A stretch of 64,000 nucleotides of DNA from Alphaproteobacteria bacterium (GTDB lineage Bacteria; Pseudomonadota; Alphaproteobacteria; CALKHQ01), in assembly GCA_965227515.1 (NCBI GenBank), contig CBDDFZ010000002.1, forward strand, positions 704,001 through 768,000, written 5' to 3'. The translations under genes were made by a program, and so were the position numbers. The notes beneath the pieces were generated by a model. That model saw nothing but the letters and a program-made list of their open reading frames with translations. It ran no database searches and was not told the origin of the DNA. Shown here one piece after another: positions 20,087-29,654 of this stretch (the first letter of the stretch is position 1; every line of letters starts with the position of its first letter).

Positions 20087-22129
20087 CTATTGCGCGGCGA
20101 CCGCCATCTTTTCCTCGACCACTTCGTCCGCCAGCCGGCCGGTCAGCTCCGCCATATGGTCGAAGGCGAAGCGGAAGGTGCCCGACCCCTGGGTCAGCGA
20201 GCGCAACTCGATGATCAGGTCGCGCATCTCCGCCTGGGGCATCATGCACTCCAGCGTGTCCCAGCCCGGCCAGCCCGCCTTGGAGTCGAAGCCCAGGATC
20301 TGGCCGCGCTTGCCGGTGGCGAGATTGGTCGCCTTGCTGGTGTGCTCGGTTGGCACGTCGATGGATACCTTGAAGATCGGCTCCAGCAGCACCGGGTTCG
20401 CCTTCGGCATGCCCTCGCGCATCGCCAGCTGAGCGGCGGCGCGGAACGCCATGTCGGAACTGTCGACGGAATGCGACTGGCCATCGAATAGCCGCACCGC
20501 GACATCGACCACCGGGAAGCCCAGCGGTCCGCGCGCCATGTATTCCTTCACCCCGTTCTCGACCGAGGGGATGAACTGGCGCGGCACGGCACCGCCGACG
20601 ATGTTGTCGATGAACTCGAACCCGCTGCCGCGCGCCAATGGCTTGATCTCGATCTGCACGTCGCCGAACTGGCCGTGACCTCCGGACTGCTTCTTGTGGC
20701 GGGCGTGCTGCTCCACCGGTTTGCGCACGGTCTCGTTATAGGCCACCTGCGGGCGGGAACGTTCCACCGCCGCGTTGAAGCGGTTGGCCAGCCGGTCGGC
20801 GGCGACCGCCAGGTGCACGTCGCCCTGTCCCCACAGCAGCATCTCGTGGGTCGACTGGTTGTGTTCGATGGAGAGCGACGGGTCTTCCTCGCTCAGGCGA
20901 TGGATGGCGCCGCTCAGCTTCACCTCGTCGCCGCGGTTGGCGGCGGTCAGCGCGTTGGCGAACACCGGAGGCAGTGGCTCGGGCCACGCGACCCCGGCGG
21001 ACTTGCCCGAGGGGCTCAGCGCGTCGCCGGTTTTCACTTCGTCCATGCGGCCGAACGCGACCACGGAGCCGGCCTCCGCACTGGCCAGCTTGTCGTGCTT
21101 GCCGCCCATCAGGCGATAGAGCCCGCTGACCCGCTCGCCGTTCAGGGTGTCGCCGTCGCTGATGCTGCCGTTCCAGACCCGGGCGTAGGACAGCTTGCCG
21201 GTGTGGCCGGCGAACACGGTCTTGAACACCTGGGCCAGCGGCTCGCTGGCGTCGATGCCCATGCGCTCGCGGGTGGCGACCACATCCGGGGTTTCGTGGC
21301 GCAGCGCCTTCAGCAGCCGCAATACGCCGCCGTCGGCCTCGGCGGTGCCCAGCAGCACCGGCACGATCTTGTCGGCCTGCAGATTGGACGTCAGTTGCTC
21401 GTAGACGGTGCTGGAATCCGGCTCCACGTCCTCCAGCAGCTGTTCCAGCAGCGCGTCGTCGAAATCTGCCAGCGCCTCCAGCATCTCCTGGCGCGCCTCG
21501 GCGGCGCGGTCCTCGGCGTCGTTCGGCAGTTCGATCAGGGTGGAGCGGTCGCCCGGCTTGTATTCATAGGCGCGGTTGCTGACCAGGTCGGCATAGCCGG
21601 TCACCTGGTCGCCCTTGCGCAGCGGCACCTGGCGCAGCACCAGCGGCTGCGGGCTGACCGACTGCAGGGCCGCCAGCACGTCGCGCACACGGGTGGCGGC
21701 GGTGTCCATCTTGTTGATGAAGATCAGGTGCGGGATGTCGTATTCGTTCAGATAGTGCAGCATCGGTGCCAGCGCCGACACGCGCTCGGCCTGCGGCTCG
21801 CACACCACCACGGCAATGTCTGCGACCAGCACGGCATTGCGCATTTCCTGGGTGAACTCGAACGAGCCGGGGCAGTCCAGGAACGACCATTCGTCGTCTA
21901 GGAAGGTGGTCGTGGCGACCGAAGTCTCGGTGCTCATCGACCGGGCCCGGGCTTCGGGGCTGGCGTCGCTGACGGTGGTGCCGTCGCTGGTCTTGCCCTT
22001 GCGCGCGATGGCGCCGGTGGTCATCAGAATGGACTCTAAGAGCGACGTCTTGCCGCTGAGATATGGTCCAACCAGCGCTGCGCACCGCGGCGTTTCTGCC
22101 TGGGGCGACCCCGCTGAAGGCTTGCTCAT
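20087..22129 (-). CDS. Elongation factor G-like paralog (EF-G2)
   Basis: GPYLSGKT, DCPG, NKMD, EEDPS, HKKQSGGHGQFGDV, HSVDSSDMAF. Not in an str operon. Confidence 0.93.
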   Translation of the reverse strand: MSKPSAGSPQAETPRCAALVGPYLSGKTSLLESILMTTGAIARKGKTSDGTTVSDASPEARARSMSTETSVATTTFLDDEWSFLDCPGSFEFTQEMRNAVLVADIAVVVCEPQAERVSALAPMLHYLNEYDIPHLIFINKMDTAATRVRDVLAALQSVSPQPLVLRQVPLRKGDQVTGYADLVSNRAYEYKPGDRSTLIELPNDAEDRAAEARQEMLEALADFDDALLEQLLEDVEPDSSTVYEQLTSNLQADKIVPVLLGTAEADGGVLRLLKALRHETPDVVATRERMGIDASEPLAQVFKTVFAGHTGKLSYARVWNGSISDGDTLNGERVSGLYRLMGGKHDKLASAEAGSVVAFGRMDEVKTGDALSPSGKSAGVAWPEPLPPVFANALTAANRGDEVKLSGAIHRLSEEDPSLSIEHNQSTHEMLLWGQGDVHLAVAADRLANRFNAAVERSRPQVAYNETVRKPVEQHARHKKQSGGHGQFGDVQIEIKPLARGSGFEFIDNIVGGAVPRQFIPSVENGVKEYMARGPLGFPVVDVAVRLFDGQSHSVDSSDMAFRAAAQLAMREGMPKANPVLLEPIFKVSIDVPTEHTSKATNLATGKRGQILGFDSKAGWPGWDTLECMMPQAEMRDLIIELRSLTQGSGTFRFAFDHMAELTGRLADEVVEEKMAVAAQ

Positions 22130-22349
22130 GTCCGCCTCCGTTTTTCGTTCGTTGTTTGCACGGCGGCGGCGTGCAGATGCGGCGTTCTCTCGGCCGTCGC
22201 GACAGCCCGGCTTCAGCGGCCGGATTGCCCTTCACGCCACCCCTCCCTGGCGAGAATGGTTTCATGACGGGGATATGACGGCAAGGGAAAATCGAGCCGT
22301 CGTTGCGGCCCGCGCCGTTCCTAGATCGGGATCAGCTTACGCTGAATCT

Positions 22350-22426
22350 GCGCCAGCCCTCACCCCCACCCGGCCACCCAGACAGGATACTTTCGTGGGT
22401 GGCCGGGTGGGGGTGAGGGCTGGTGC
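22350..22426. repeat. Long G/C-skewed hairpin element, family H copy 1
   Basis: 31-bp stem GCGCCAGCCCTCACCCCCACCCGGCCACCCA with a 15-nt loop GACAGGATACTTTCG. Confidence 0.92.
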
Positions 22427-22453
22427 CGACTGAAATGACCATGCTCTAAACCG

Positions 22454-23533
22454 CTACTGCGGCGTGTCCGCCAAGGCCTCGTCGCCGAGCGTTTCCGCGT
22501 AGTATTTGGCGGCACCGGCATGCAGCGGCACGCCGATGCCCTTCAGGGCGGTTTCCAGCAGAATGCGCTGGCCGAGCGGGTGGCCGTTGTTCAGGATCGA
22601 GCGGTTGGTTGGGTGCCACAGCGACCGGGTCATCCCGTACACCAGCTCGTCGTCCAGCTCGGCGCGCACGATCAACTGGGCGCCGACCGCCAGCGTATCC
22701 GTGCGCCGCACGTTCTCGTAGATGTCCTCCTTGACCGTCTCGGTGCTGAAGAACGGCACCGCCGCGGTGATCGCCTCCGCGGCCGCGCCCCTGATCGGCA
22801 GCAGGCGCATACCCTCGTTCGCCGCCAGATCCTCCATCGCCGGGGCCGGTGCGCCGGCCACCAGGATCAGGCCGTCGGCCTCCCCGTCGATCAGCAGGCC
22901 GACACCGACGGTGGCGTTGCTGGTGATCGCCTCGATGTCGTCGAACGACAGCCCGTGGGCATCCAGCACCATGCGTGCGGCGATCTGGGTGCCGCTGCCG
23001 TCCTGCCCCACCACTACGCGGCGCCCGGCAAGGTCTGCGATGCTGGCCACCTCGCTGTCCGCCGGCACGACCACGTGCACCAGCTCGGAATAGAGGTTGG
23101 CGACGGTGCGGATGTTCTCGACCGGGTTGCCGCTGAACAGCTCCTCGCCATGGAAGGCCCAATAGGCGACGTCCGCTTGCGACAGGGCGGCTTCCAGCAT
23201 GTTGCCGGCGATGCCGCCGATATTGTCGACCGAGCCCTGGGTGGTCTGGGCGACCGCGACCAGGCCGGCCACGCCGCAGGTGCGATCATTGCACGCACCA
23301 TCGCCGGTGGGGTCGCTGAAGATGTTCGCGATCATGCCGCCGATGTGGAAATAGACCCCGCCGACGTCGCCGGTGCCGATGCGCAAGTAGTTGACCTGGC
23401 TGGCAGTTTCGGCGAGCGCGCCGAGCGGCGTCGTCGCAGCGAGGCCCAGACCCGCCGTCGCGGACCCGCCGAGCGCGAGCGCGCGCCGCCGCGATAACCT
23501 CACCCGTGCGTGATATTGGACTCGACCAACCAT
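22454..23533 (-). CDS. TAXI family TRAP transporter solute-binding subunit (Tat signal)
   Basis: SRRRAL Tat signal, IGTGDVGGVYF, TQGSVDN, SQADVAY, PLHAGAAKYY. Confidence 0.92.
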   Translation of the reverse strand: MVGRVQYHARVRLSRRRALALGGSATAGLGLAATTPLGALAETASQVNYLRIGTGDVGGVYFHIGGMIANIFSDPTGDGACNDRTCGVAGLVAVAQTTQGSVDNIGGIAGNMLEAALSQADVAYWAFHGEELFSGNPVENIRTVANLYSELVHVVVPADSEVASIADLAGRRVVVGQDGSGTQIAARMVLDAHGLSFDDIEAITSNATVGVGLLIDGEADGLILVAGAPAPAMEDLAANEGMRLLPIRGAAAEAITAAVPFFSTETVKEDIYENVRRTDTLAVGAQLIVRAELDDELVYGMTRSLWHPTNRSILNNGHPLGQRILLETALKGIGVPLHAGAAKYYAETLGDEALADTPQ

Positions 23534-23683
23534 GGCGCCCCTGACTACATCACGGTGCCCACGTGATCCGACATAGTGTGGGCTGCCGCGCTGCCGCCGG
23601 CAAGTCAAGAATGGCGGCGCGGGCCATTGCGGGTTCGCACCACGGCGCCGTGCCAACCAACGCGTCAACGGACGGGGAGTTCG

Positions 23684-23929
23684 ATGGCAGTTAAGGATCT
23701 TTCGGATGGCCGGACCGGCACGCGTGAAGAGCGTACCGCGGCCCTGCAGGCGTTGGCGCGCGATGTTTTCGGTCGCGAGATGTCGGCAGACGACGCCTGG
23801 CGCCTGCGCGAGCGCCTGCCGACCCTGGCCGAGGCGGTGCGGCTGATCGAGGCCCAGGGTGCGGCACTCGACTCCGTGACGCCGGCTACCGTGTTCAGCC
23901 CGGTGGCGCCCGGCCACGGCGACGTGTAG
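23684..23929 (+). CDS. Small helical amidase partner protein (AtzG/GatC-like)
   Basis: 81 aa, GGGGAG SD, ends PATVFSP, 11 bp upstream of the amidase. Confidence 0.6.
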   Translation: MAVKDLSDGRTGTREERTAALQALARDVFGREMSADDAWRLRERLPTLAEAVRLIEAQGAALDSVTPATVFSPVAPGHGDV

Positions 23930-23940
23930 GGCAAATCGCA

Positions 23941-25350
23941 ATGTCCTCCCGCACCGAACAGAATTCCGACGACCTGGCGTTCGCCAGCATCGCCGAACTG
24001 GCGCCGCGGCTGCGTGACGGCTGCTTGTCGCCGGTGGCGCTGACCGAGGCGGTGCTTGCCCGCTGCGACCGCCATGGCGAGGCGCTCAATTGCTACATCA
24101 CGCGGATGGACGATGCCGCGCGGGCCGCCGCCAAGGCGTCGGAGGCACGGCAGCGCGCGGGTAAGCTGCTGAGCCCGCTCGACGGCATTCCGCTCGCCAT
24201 CAAGGACTGCCTGTACACCGCCGGCACGCTGACCAGCTTCGGCTCGCCGCTGTTCGCGGACTTCGTGCCAGACGAGGATGCGACCGTGGTCGCGACCCTG
24301 AAGGCGGCCGGCGCGGTGCACATCGGCAAGACCAATTTGCACGAGATCACCACCGGCACCACCAGCAGCAACCCGTATCACGGTCCGGTGCGCAATCCGT
24401 GGGACACCAGCCGTCATCCCGGCGGGTCCAGCGGCGGCACCGCGGCGGCGGTCGCGGCCGGGCTCGCCATCGGGGGGCTGGGCACCGATACCGGCGGCTC
24501 GATCCGCCAGCCGGCGGCGGTCACCGGCATTGTCGGCCTGAAGCCGACCTATGGCCGGGTCAGCAAGTACGGCTGCCTGCCGGTCTCGTGGTCGATGGAC
24601 CATGTCGGCCCGATGACCCGCTCGGTCGCCGATGCCGCCATCATGCTGCAGGTTCTGGCCGGGGCCGACCCGCGCGACCCGACCACCGCCGACCGCACGG
24701 TGCCCGACTTCTCGGCCGAGATCGGGCGCACGCTGGAGGGTGCGCGCATCGGGGTGCTCGACAGCTATTTCGACGACTGCGAGGACGAGGTCGCCCAGCA
24801 GGTGACCGCCGCGATTGCGCGCATGGAGGCGGCCGGCGCCAAGGTTGCCGATGTGGCCTGGCCGGACCGGCATCTGGTGCACGCCGCCGGGGTGATCATC
24901 CTGTCGTCGGAACTGGCGACCTATCACGCCAAGCGCTTCGTCGAGGAGCGGGCGTCCTACAGCGACGACGTCTCCCCGATGATCGAGACCGGCGGCTGGG
25001 TGACCGCGCGCCAGCACTTGCAGGCGCAGCGGCTGCGCGCGGTGCTGGGGGCCCAGGTTGCCGGCCTGTTCGCGGACTTCGACGCCTTCGTGCTGCCGTC
25101 GACCCCGGTCACGGCGACGCCGATCGGCACCGAGCCGGACGGCCACCCGGTGCTGCGCGGGCGCAACACCATTCCCTTCAACCTGCTGGGGCTGCCGGCC
25201 ATCTCGCTGCCGTGCGGCTGGACCACCGGCGGGTTGCCGGTCGGCTTGCAGATGGTGGGTGCGGCGTTCGAGGAAGCGGAACTGATCGGCCTGGCGGCCG
25301 CGTTCGAGGCCCTGGAGGGCCCAAACCGGCGTAGACCGGAAATTCAATAG
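23941..25350 (+). CDS. Amidase signature family enzyme
   Basis: DGIPLAIKD, GKTNLHE, PGGSSGG and GTDTGGSIRQPA (Lys-cisSer-Ser triad). Confidence 0.95.
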   Translation: MSSRTEQNSDDLAFASIAELAPRLRDGCLSPVALTEAVLARCDRHGEALNCYITRMDDAARAAAKASEARQRAGKLLSPLDGIPLAIKDCLYTAGTLTSFGSPLFADFVPDEDATVVATLKAAGAVHIGKTNLHEITTGTTSSNPYHGPVRNPWDTSRHPGGSSGGTAAAVAAGLAIGGLGTDTGGSIRQPAAVTGIVGLKPTYGRVSKYGCLPVSWSMDHVGPMTRSVADAAIMLQVLAGADPRDPTTADRTVPDFSAEIGRTLEGARIGVLDSYFDDCEDEVAQQVTAAIARMEAAGAKVADVAWPDRHLVHAAGVIILSSELATYHAKRFVEERASYSDDVSPMIETGGWVTARQHLQAQRLRAVLGAQVAGLFADFDAFVLPSTPVTATPIGTEPDGHPVLRGRNTIPFNLLGLPAISLPCGWTTGGLPVGLQMVGAAFEEAELIGLAAAFEALEGPNRRRPEIQ

Positions 25351-25369
25351 GCGGACTTGGGGGGACACC

Positions 25370-25399
25370 AAAAAAAAACGGTCGCCGAAGCGACCGTTT
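25370..25399 (-). terminator. Rho-independent terminator (minus-oriented; may also serve the amidase)
   Basis: Minus strand: AAACGGTCGC-TTCG-GCGACCG followed by T9. Confidence 0.85.
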
Positions 25400-25478
25400 G
25401 AGTTTGGAGAGGAGGTTGGGAGACCAGATTCGCCACCACAGCGCATCGTGTCGGAAAGTCATATCGGCACCAACTGGG
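25370..25478 (-). ncRNA. Candidate trans-acting sRNA with anti-SD motifs
   Basis: Minus-strand terminator with no minus-strand CDS to end, a UCUCCCAACCUCCUCUCC stretch before it, and a sigma54-like promoter at 25489-25504. Confidence 0.55.
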
Positions 25479-25488
25479 GCGCTCGGGT

Positions 25489-25504
25489 GGCAATGCTGGG
25501 ACCA
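25489..25504 (-). promoter_or_regulatory. Putative sigma54 (-24/-12) promoter for the candidate sRNA
   Basis: TGGTCCCAGCATTGCC: GG-N10-GC spacing with TTGC. Confidence 0.45.
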
Positions 25505-25583
25505 TGTCGCGATGGAATCGGCCGATTGAGGGGCGGGGCATCGCGCGGGCGACGTGCGATCGATAAGGGAACCACCTGAGACC

Positions 25584-28244
25584 ATGACGAAATTCGTTTA
25601 CGGCTTCGGTATCGACGGCGCTGAGGGCGATGGCAGCCAGCGCAATTTGTTGGGCGGCAAGGGCGCCAACCTGGCGGAGATGGCGCGGCTCGGCCTGCCG
25701 GTGCCGCCGGGCTTCACCATCACGACCGAGGTGTGCACGGCCTATACCGCCGCCGACGGCGCCTATCCGGACGCATTGGCGGCGCAGGTGGATGCAGCAC
25801 TGGCGGACCTGGAAACCGCGATGGACCGCAAGTTCGGCGATCCGGCGCGCCCGCTGCTGGTCTCCGTGCGCTCCGGCGCGCGGGTCTCGATGCCCGGCAT
25901 GATGGACACGGTCCTCAACCTCGGCCTCAACGACGACACCGTGGCCGGGCTGGCCGAAGGCGGCGGCGCGCGCTTCGCGTGGGACAGCTATCGCCGCTTC
26001 ATCCAGATGTACGGCAACGTGGTGCTGGGCGTTCCGCACGATCTGTTCGAGCAGCAACTCGAGATCATGAAGGAGAGCCGCAATCTGCTGATGGACACCG
26101 ATGTCGAGGCCGAGGACTGGCAGGCGCTGGTGGGCGACTACAAGGCGCTGGTGGCCGAGCGCACCGGCCAGGACTTTCCCACCGACCCGCGCACCCAGCT
26201 TTGGGGCGCCATCTCCGCGGTGTTCCGGAGCTGGATGACCCCGCGCGCCATCGCCTATCGCAGCCTGAACGACATCCCCGAGCATTGGGGTACCGCCGTC
26301 AACGTGCAGGCGATGGTGTTCGGCAACATGGGCGAGGACTGCTGCACCGGCGTCGCCTTCACCCGCGATCCCTCCACCGGCACCAACACGATCTATGGCG
26401 AGTACCTGGTCAACGCCCAGGGCGAGGACGTGGTGGCCGGCATCCGCACCCCGCATCCGATCACGGTCGCCGCGCGCGAGGCCATCGGCTCGCAGGCGCC
26501 GGCGATGGAGGAGGAGAATGCGGGCCTGTTCGTCGAGTTGCGTGACGTGTGCGGGCGGCTGGAGAAGCACTTCCGCGACATGCAGGACATCGAGTTCACG
26601 GTGGAGCGCGGCCACCTCTACATGCTGCAGACCAGGACCGGCAAACGTTCGGCCGCGTCGGCGGTGCACATCGCGGTCGACATGGTGGACGAGGGGCTGA
26701 TCACCAAGCCGGAGGCGATTGCCCGCATCGACCCGGAGGCGCTGGACCAGCTCCTCCACCCGACGCTGGACCCCGATGCGCCGCGCGAACTGCTGGCGAA
26801 GGGCCTGCCGGCGTCGCCCGGCTCGGCGTCGGGCATCGTGGTGTTCAACGCCACCGAGGCGGCGGATCGCGCGGCCACCGGCGAGGCGGTGATCCTGGTC
26901 CGCACCGAGACCAGCCCGGAAGACATTCATGGCATGCATGCCTCCCAGGCGATCCTGACCGCGCGCGGCGGCACCACCAGCCACGCTGCCCTGGTGGCGC
27001 GGGGCATGGGGCGCCCGTGCGTGGCCGGTGCCGGCGACGTGCGCATCGACGAGGCGGCCGGGGAGATGCGGGTCGCCGACGTGGTTGTGAAGGCCGGCGA
27101 GCCGATCACCGTCGATGGCGCCAGCGGCGAGGTCTACATCGGCACCATCCCCACCGTGCTGCCGCAGATGTCGGGCGCGTTCGAGCGCATCATGGGCTGG
27201 GCCGACGAGTTGCGCCGCATGGGCGTGCGCGCCAATGCCGAGACGCCGGACGATGCGCGGGTGGCGCGCGACTTCGGCGCCGAGGGCATCGGGCTCTGCC
27301 GCACCGAGCATATGTTCTTCGAGGCCGATCGCATCGTGGCGGTGCGCGAGATGATTATGGCCACCGACGAGGCGGGGCGCCGGGCCGCACTGGCCAAGAT
27401 CGCGCCGATGCAGCGCGCCGACTTCATCGAGTTGTTCCGCATCATGGGATCCCGGCCGGTAACGATCCGCCTGCTGGATCCGCCGCTGCACGAGTTCCTG
27501 CCGAAGTCCGACGCCGACATGGCGGAGGTGGCGGCGGCCATCGGCTGCAGCCCGGACGAGGTGCGCGGCCGCGCCGCAGCACTCACCGAGCTGAACCCGA
27601 TGCTGGGCCATCGTGGCTGCCGGCTCGCCATCACCTACCCGGAGATCTACGAGATGCAGGCGCGCGCGGCGCTGGAGGCGGCATGCCAGGTGCGTGCCGA
27701 CGATGGCATCGCCGTGGTGCCGGAGATCATGATCCCGCTGGTCGCGACCAGGAAGGAACTGGCGATCCTGCGCGCGTTGGTGGAGCGTGTGGCCGAGGAG
27801 GTGATCGCCGCCCACGGCCCGCTCGACCACCACATCGGCACGATGATCGAGCTGCCGCGCGCCGCGATCTGCGCCGGCGACATCGCGGCGGAGGCGGCGT
27901 TCTTCAGCTTCGGCACCAACGACCTGACCCAGACCACGCTGGGCATCTCGCGCGACGACGCCGCCCACTTCATCAAGAGCTACGAGACCCAGGCGATCTA
28001 CGAGCGCAATCCGTTCGTCAGCATCGACGTCGACGGTGTCGGCGCGCTGGTGCGGATGGCGGCGGAGGCGGGGCGGGCGGCCAATGCGCGCCTCAAGCTG
28101 GGCATCTGCGGCGAGCACGGCGGCGACCCGGCGTCCATCGCGTTCTGCGAGGAGGTCGGCCTCGACTACGTGTCCTGCTCGCCGTACCGGGTGCCGATCG
28201 CCAGGTTGGCGGCGGCCCAGGCCGCGATCGCCTCGGCGCGGTGA
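25584..28244 (+). CDS. ppdK: Pyruvate, phosphate dikinase
   Basis: LLGGKGANLAEM, SVRSGARVSMPGMMDT, GGTTSHAA (phospho-His), GLCRTEHM, FGTNDLTQ, CGEHGGDP. Confidence 0.98.
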   Translation: MTKFVYGFGIDGAEGDGSQRNLLGGKGANLAEMARLGLPVPPGFTITTEVCTAYTAADGAYPDALAAQVDAALADLETAMDRKFGDPARPLLVSVRSGARVSMPGMMDTVLNLGLNDDTVAGLAEGGGARFAWDSYRRFIQMYGNVVLGVPHDLFEQQLEIMKESRNLLMDTDVEAEDWQALVGDYKALVAERTGQDFPTDPRTQLWGAISAVFRSWMTPRAIAYRSLNDIPEHWGTAVNVQAMVFGNMGEDCCTGVAFTRDPSTGTNTIYGEYLVNAQGEDVVAGIRTPHPITVAAREAIGSQAPAMEEENAGLFVELRDVCGRLEKHFRDMQDIEFTVERGHLYMLQTRTGKRSAASAVHIAVDMVDEGLITKPEAIARIDPEALDQLLHPTLDPDAPRELLAKGLPASPGSASGIVVFNATEAADRAATGEAVILVRTETSPEDIHGMHASQAILTARGGTTSHAALVARGMGRPCVAGAGDVRIDEAAGEMRVADVVVKAGEPITVDGASGEVYIGTIPTVLPQMSGAFERIMGWADELRRMGVRANAETPDDARVARDFGAEGIGLCRTEHMFFEADRIVAVREMIMATDEAGRRAALAKIAPMQRADFIELFRIMGSRPVTIRLLDPPLHEFLPKSDADMAEVAAAIGCSPDEVRGRAAALTELNPMLGHRGCRLAITYPEIYEMQARAALEAACQVRADDGIAVVPEIMIPLVATRKELAILRALVERVAEEVIAAHGPLDHHIGTMIELPRAAICAGDIAAEAAFFSFGTNDLTQTTLGISRDDAAHFIKSYETQAIYERNPFVSIDVDGVGALVRMAAEAGRAANARLKLGICGEHGGDPASIAFCEEVGLDYVSCSPYRVPIARLAAAQAAIASAR

Positions 28245-29431
28245 CGCCACAGGTGGCCGGCGCGGACGATGGCCTGGCCGCGCGAGGCCATGGCCGCCGT
28301 GCCTGCCGGGTCGTCCAGCAGCGCCGCCACCTGGTCCGGCAGCGCCTCTATGGCGGTCCAGCGGTACTGCGCGATGGCGTCGTCGGTGGCGAATAGCTCG
28401 TCGTAGTAGGTGCTGCGGTCGCTGACAGCGGCGGCGCCATTGGCCATGGCGGTGAACACCCGCTCGTGGCCGCCGGCCAGGAAGTTGCAGTTGGTGCCCA
28501 GCGAGACGCGGGCGCGTTGCAGCAACTCCAGCGTCTCGGCGGTCGACCCCTCGCCGCCGAAGGTGAACGAGGGCCAGTCCGCCGCCATGCCGGCATAGCC
28601 ATTGCCATAGACATGGACGGGCAGGTCGGCCGCCGCCATCGCATCGAGGCAGGCATGGCGCCGCGCGGCGCGCAGGTAACTCTCGAGCATCGCGACCAGC
28701 GACCACGAACGGGCGAGCATCGTATCGTCGGCATCGAGGCCCAGGCCGGCAAGGGCATTCGCGAAGGCGCGGTCGGCCGGCAGGGTGTCGTCGTCCTCGG
28801 CCAGGTCGGCGGCGGCATCCAGCACCAGCCGCGCCGCATCGGGTGCGGCGTGCCAGTTGCGCTGCGGCGGCCCGGAATAGGTACCGGTGAACAGGATCGG
28901 GATATCGCGGCGGCGCCAGTCCTCGGCCGGCACCCGCGTCACCGTCTCCGGCGCCTCGACGCCCGCCGCTGGCAGAAACAGCGGATCGGCCGCCGCCGCG
29001 CATGGGCGTGTGCGGCGCAGGTAGGCGACATGGCTGCGGTCCAGGCAGGCGATGGCGCCGGTGCCCATCGGCCGCAGCAGTCGCTTGAACTGGTAGGCCG
29101 GGTGGTCCAGCAAGGCGGCGACGTAGGGCACGCCGGCAACATCGATGGTGTTGCGGTCGCCGATCTGGGTGTCGTGACCGATGGCGTTGAAGGCGAAGGC
29201 GAGGTCGGGCCCGGCCTTCAGCGCGCCGATGAGTGCCGCGTTGTCGGCGGCCTCGTCCCCGGTGCCGAGGTCGACGACCTCGACCGCATGGCCAATGGTG
29301 CGGAACCCTGCGGCCAGATGATCGACGTTGTGGCGCACCGCGCCGTACTGCGACCGGCCCTTCAGCATGAGAATGCGCCATTGGCTGGTGGCGGCTGGCG
29401 AGGCGTCAATGGATTCGCGGACGGCGGACAA
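28166..29431 (-). CDS. Glycosyltransferase (GT-B, CgeB/Glyco_trans_1_2-like)
   Basis: LLDHPAY, DIPILFTGT, VHVYGNG, HERVFTAMANGA; 3' end overlaps ppdK by 79 bp. Confidence 0.82.
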   Translation of the reverse strand: MSAVRESIDASPAATSQWRILMLKGRSQYGAVRHNVDHLAAGFRTIGHAVEVVDLGTGDEAADNAALIGALKAGPDLAFAFNAIGHDTQIGDRNTIDVAGVPYVAALLDHPAYQFKRLLRPMGTGAIACLDRSHVAYLRRTRPCAAAADPLFLPAAGVEAPETVTRVPAEDWRRRDIPILFTGTYSGPPQRNWHAAPDAARLVLDAAADLAEDDDTLPADRAFANALAGLGLDADDTMLARSWSLVAMLESYLRAARRHACLDAMAAADLPVHVYGNGYAGMAADWPSFTFGGEGSTAETLELLQRARVSLGTNCNFLAGGHERVFTAMANGAAAVSDRSTYYDELFATDDAIAQYRWTAIEALPDQVAALLDDPAGTAAMASRGQAIVRAGHLWRHRAEAIAAWAAANLAIGTRYGEQDT

Positions 29432-29654
29432 GGGTGGTGCCTCGATTGGTTGAAGTGTGGGCGCTGCAAGGGCGCATCAATGGCCTAGCAGCGCGTGCTT
29501 TCGATCGCGTTAACTATAGTTTCGGCGCAACTCCGGGTTTTACTGATTATGGTTAATAGTCGCGTTCGCTGTCTTAAGGTTTTGTTTGCCAATTTCGATC
29601 CGGGTTGCTAGCATTTCCGCCATGTACGGAAGCCGCTCATATCTGGCATTCAGG

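Noticed and set aside
23941-25350. Amidase as gatA
   Set aside because: No adjacent gatB, and it lacks GatA-specific motifs (e.g. DEFAMGS, SSNLARYDG).
25344-29381. 1345-aa minus-strand ORF
   Set aside because: Antisense shadow of ppdK and an off-frame of the glycosyltransferase. Arg/Gly/His-rich with no motifs, typical of high-GC codon bias.
29505-29590. Cluster of TTAA half-sites between the GT and lipoprotein genes
   Set aside because: No pair has the 7-bp spacing of a full CtrA box; too weak to call.
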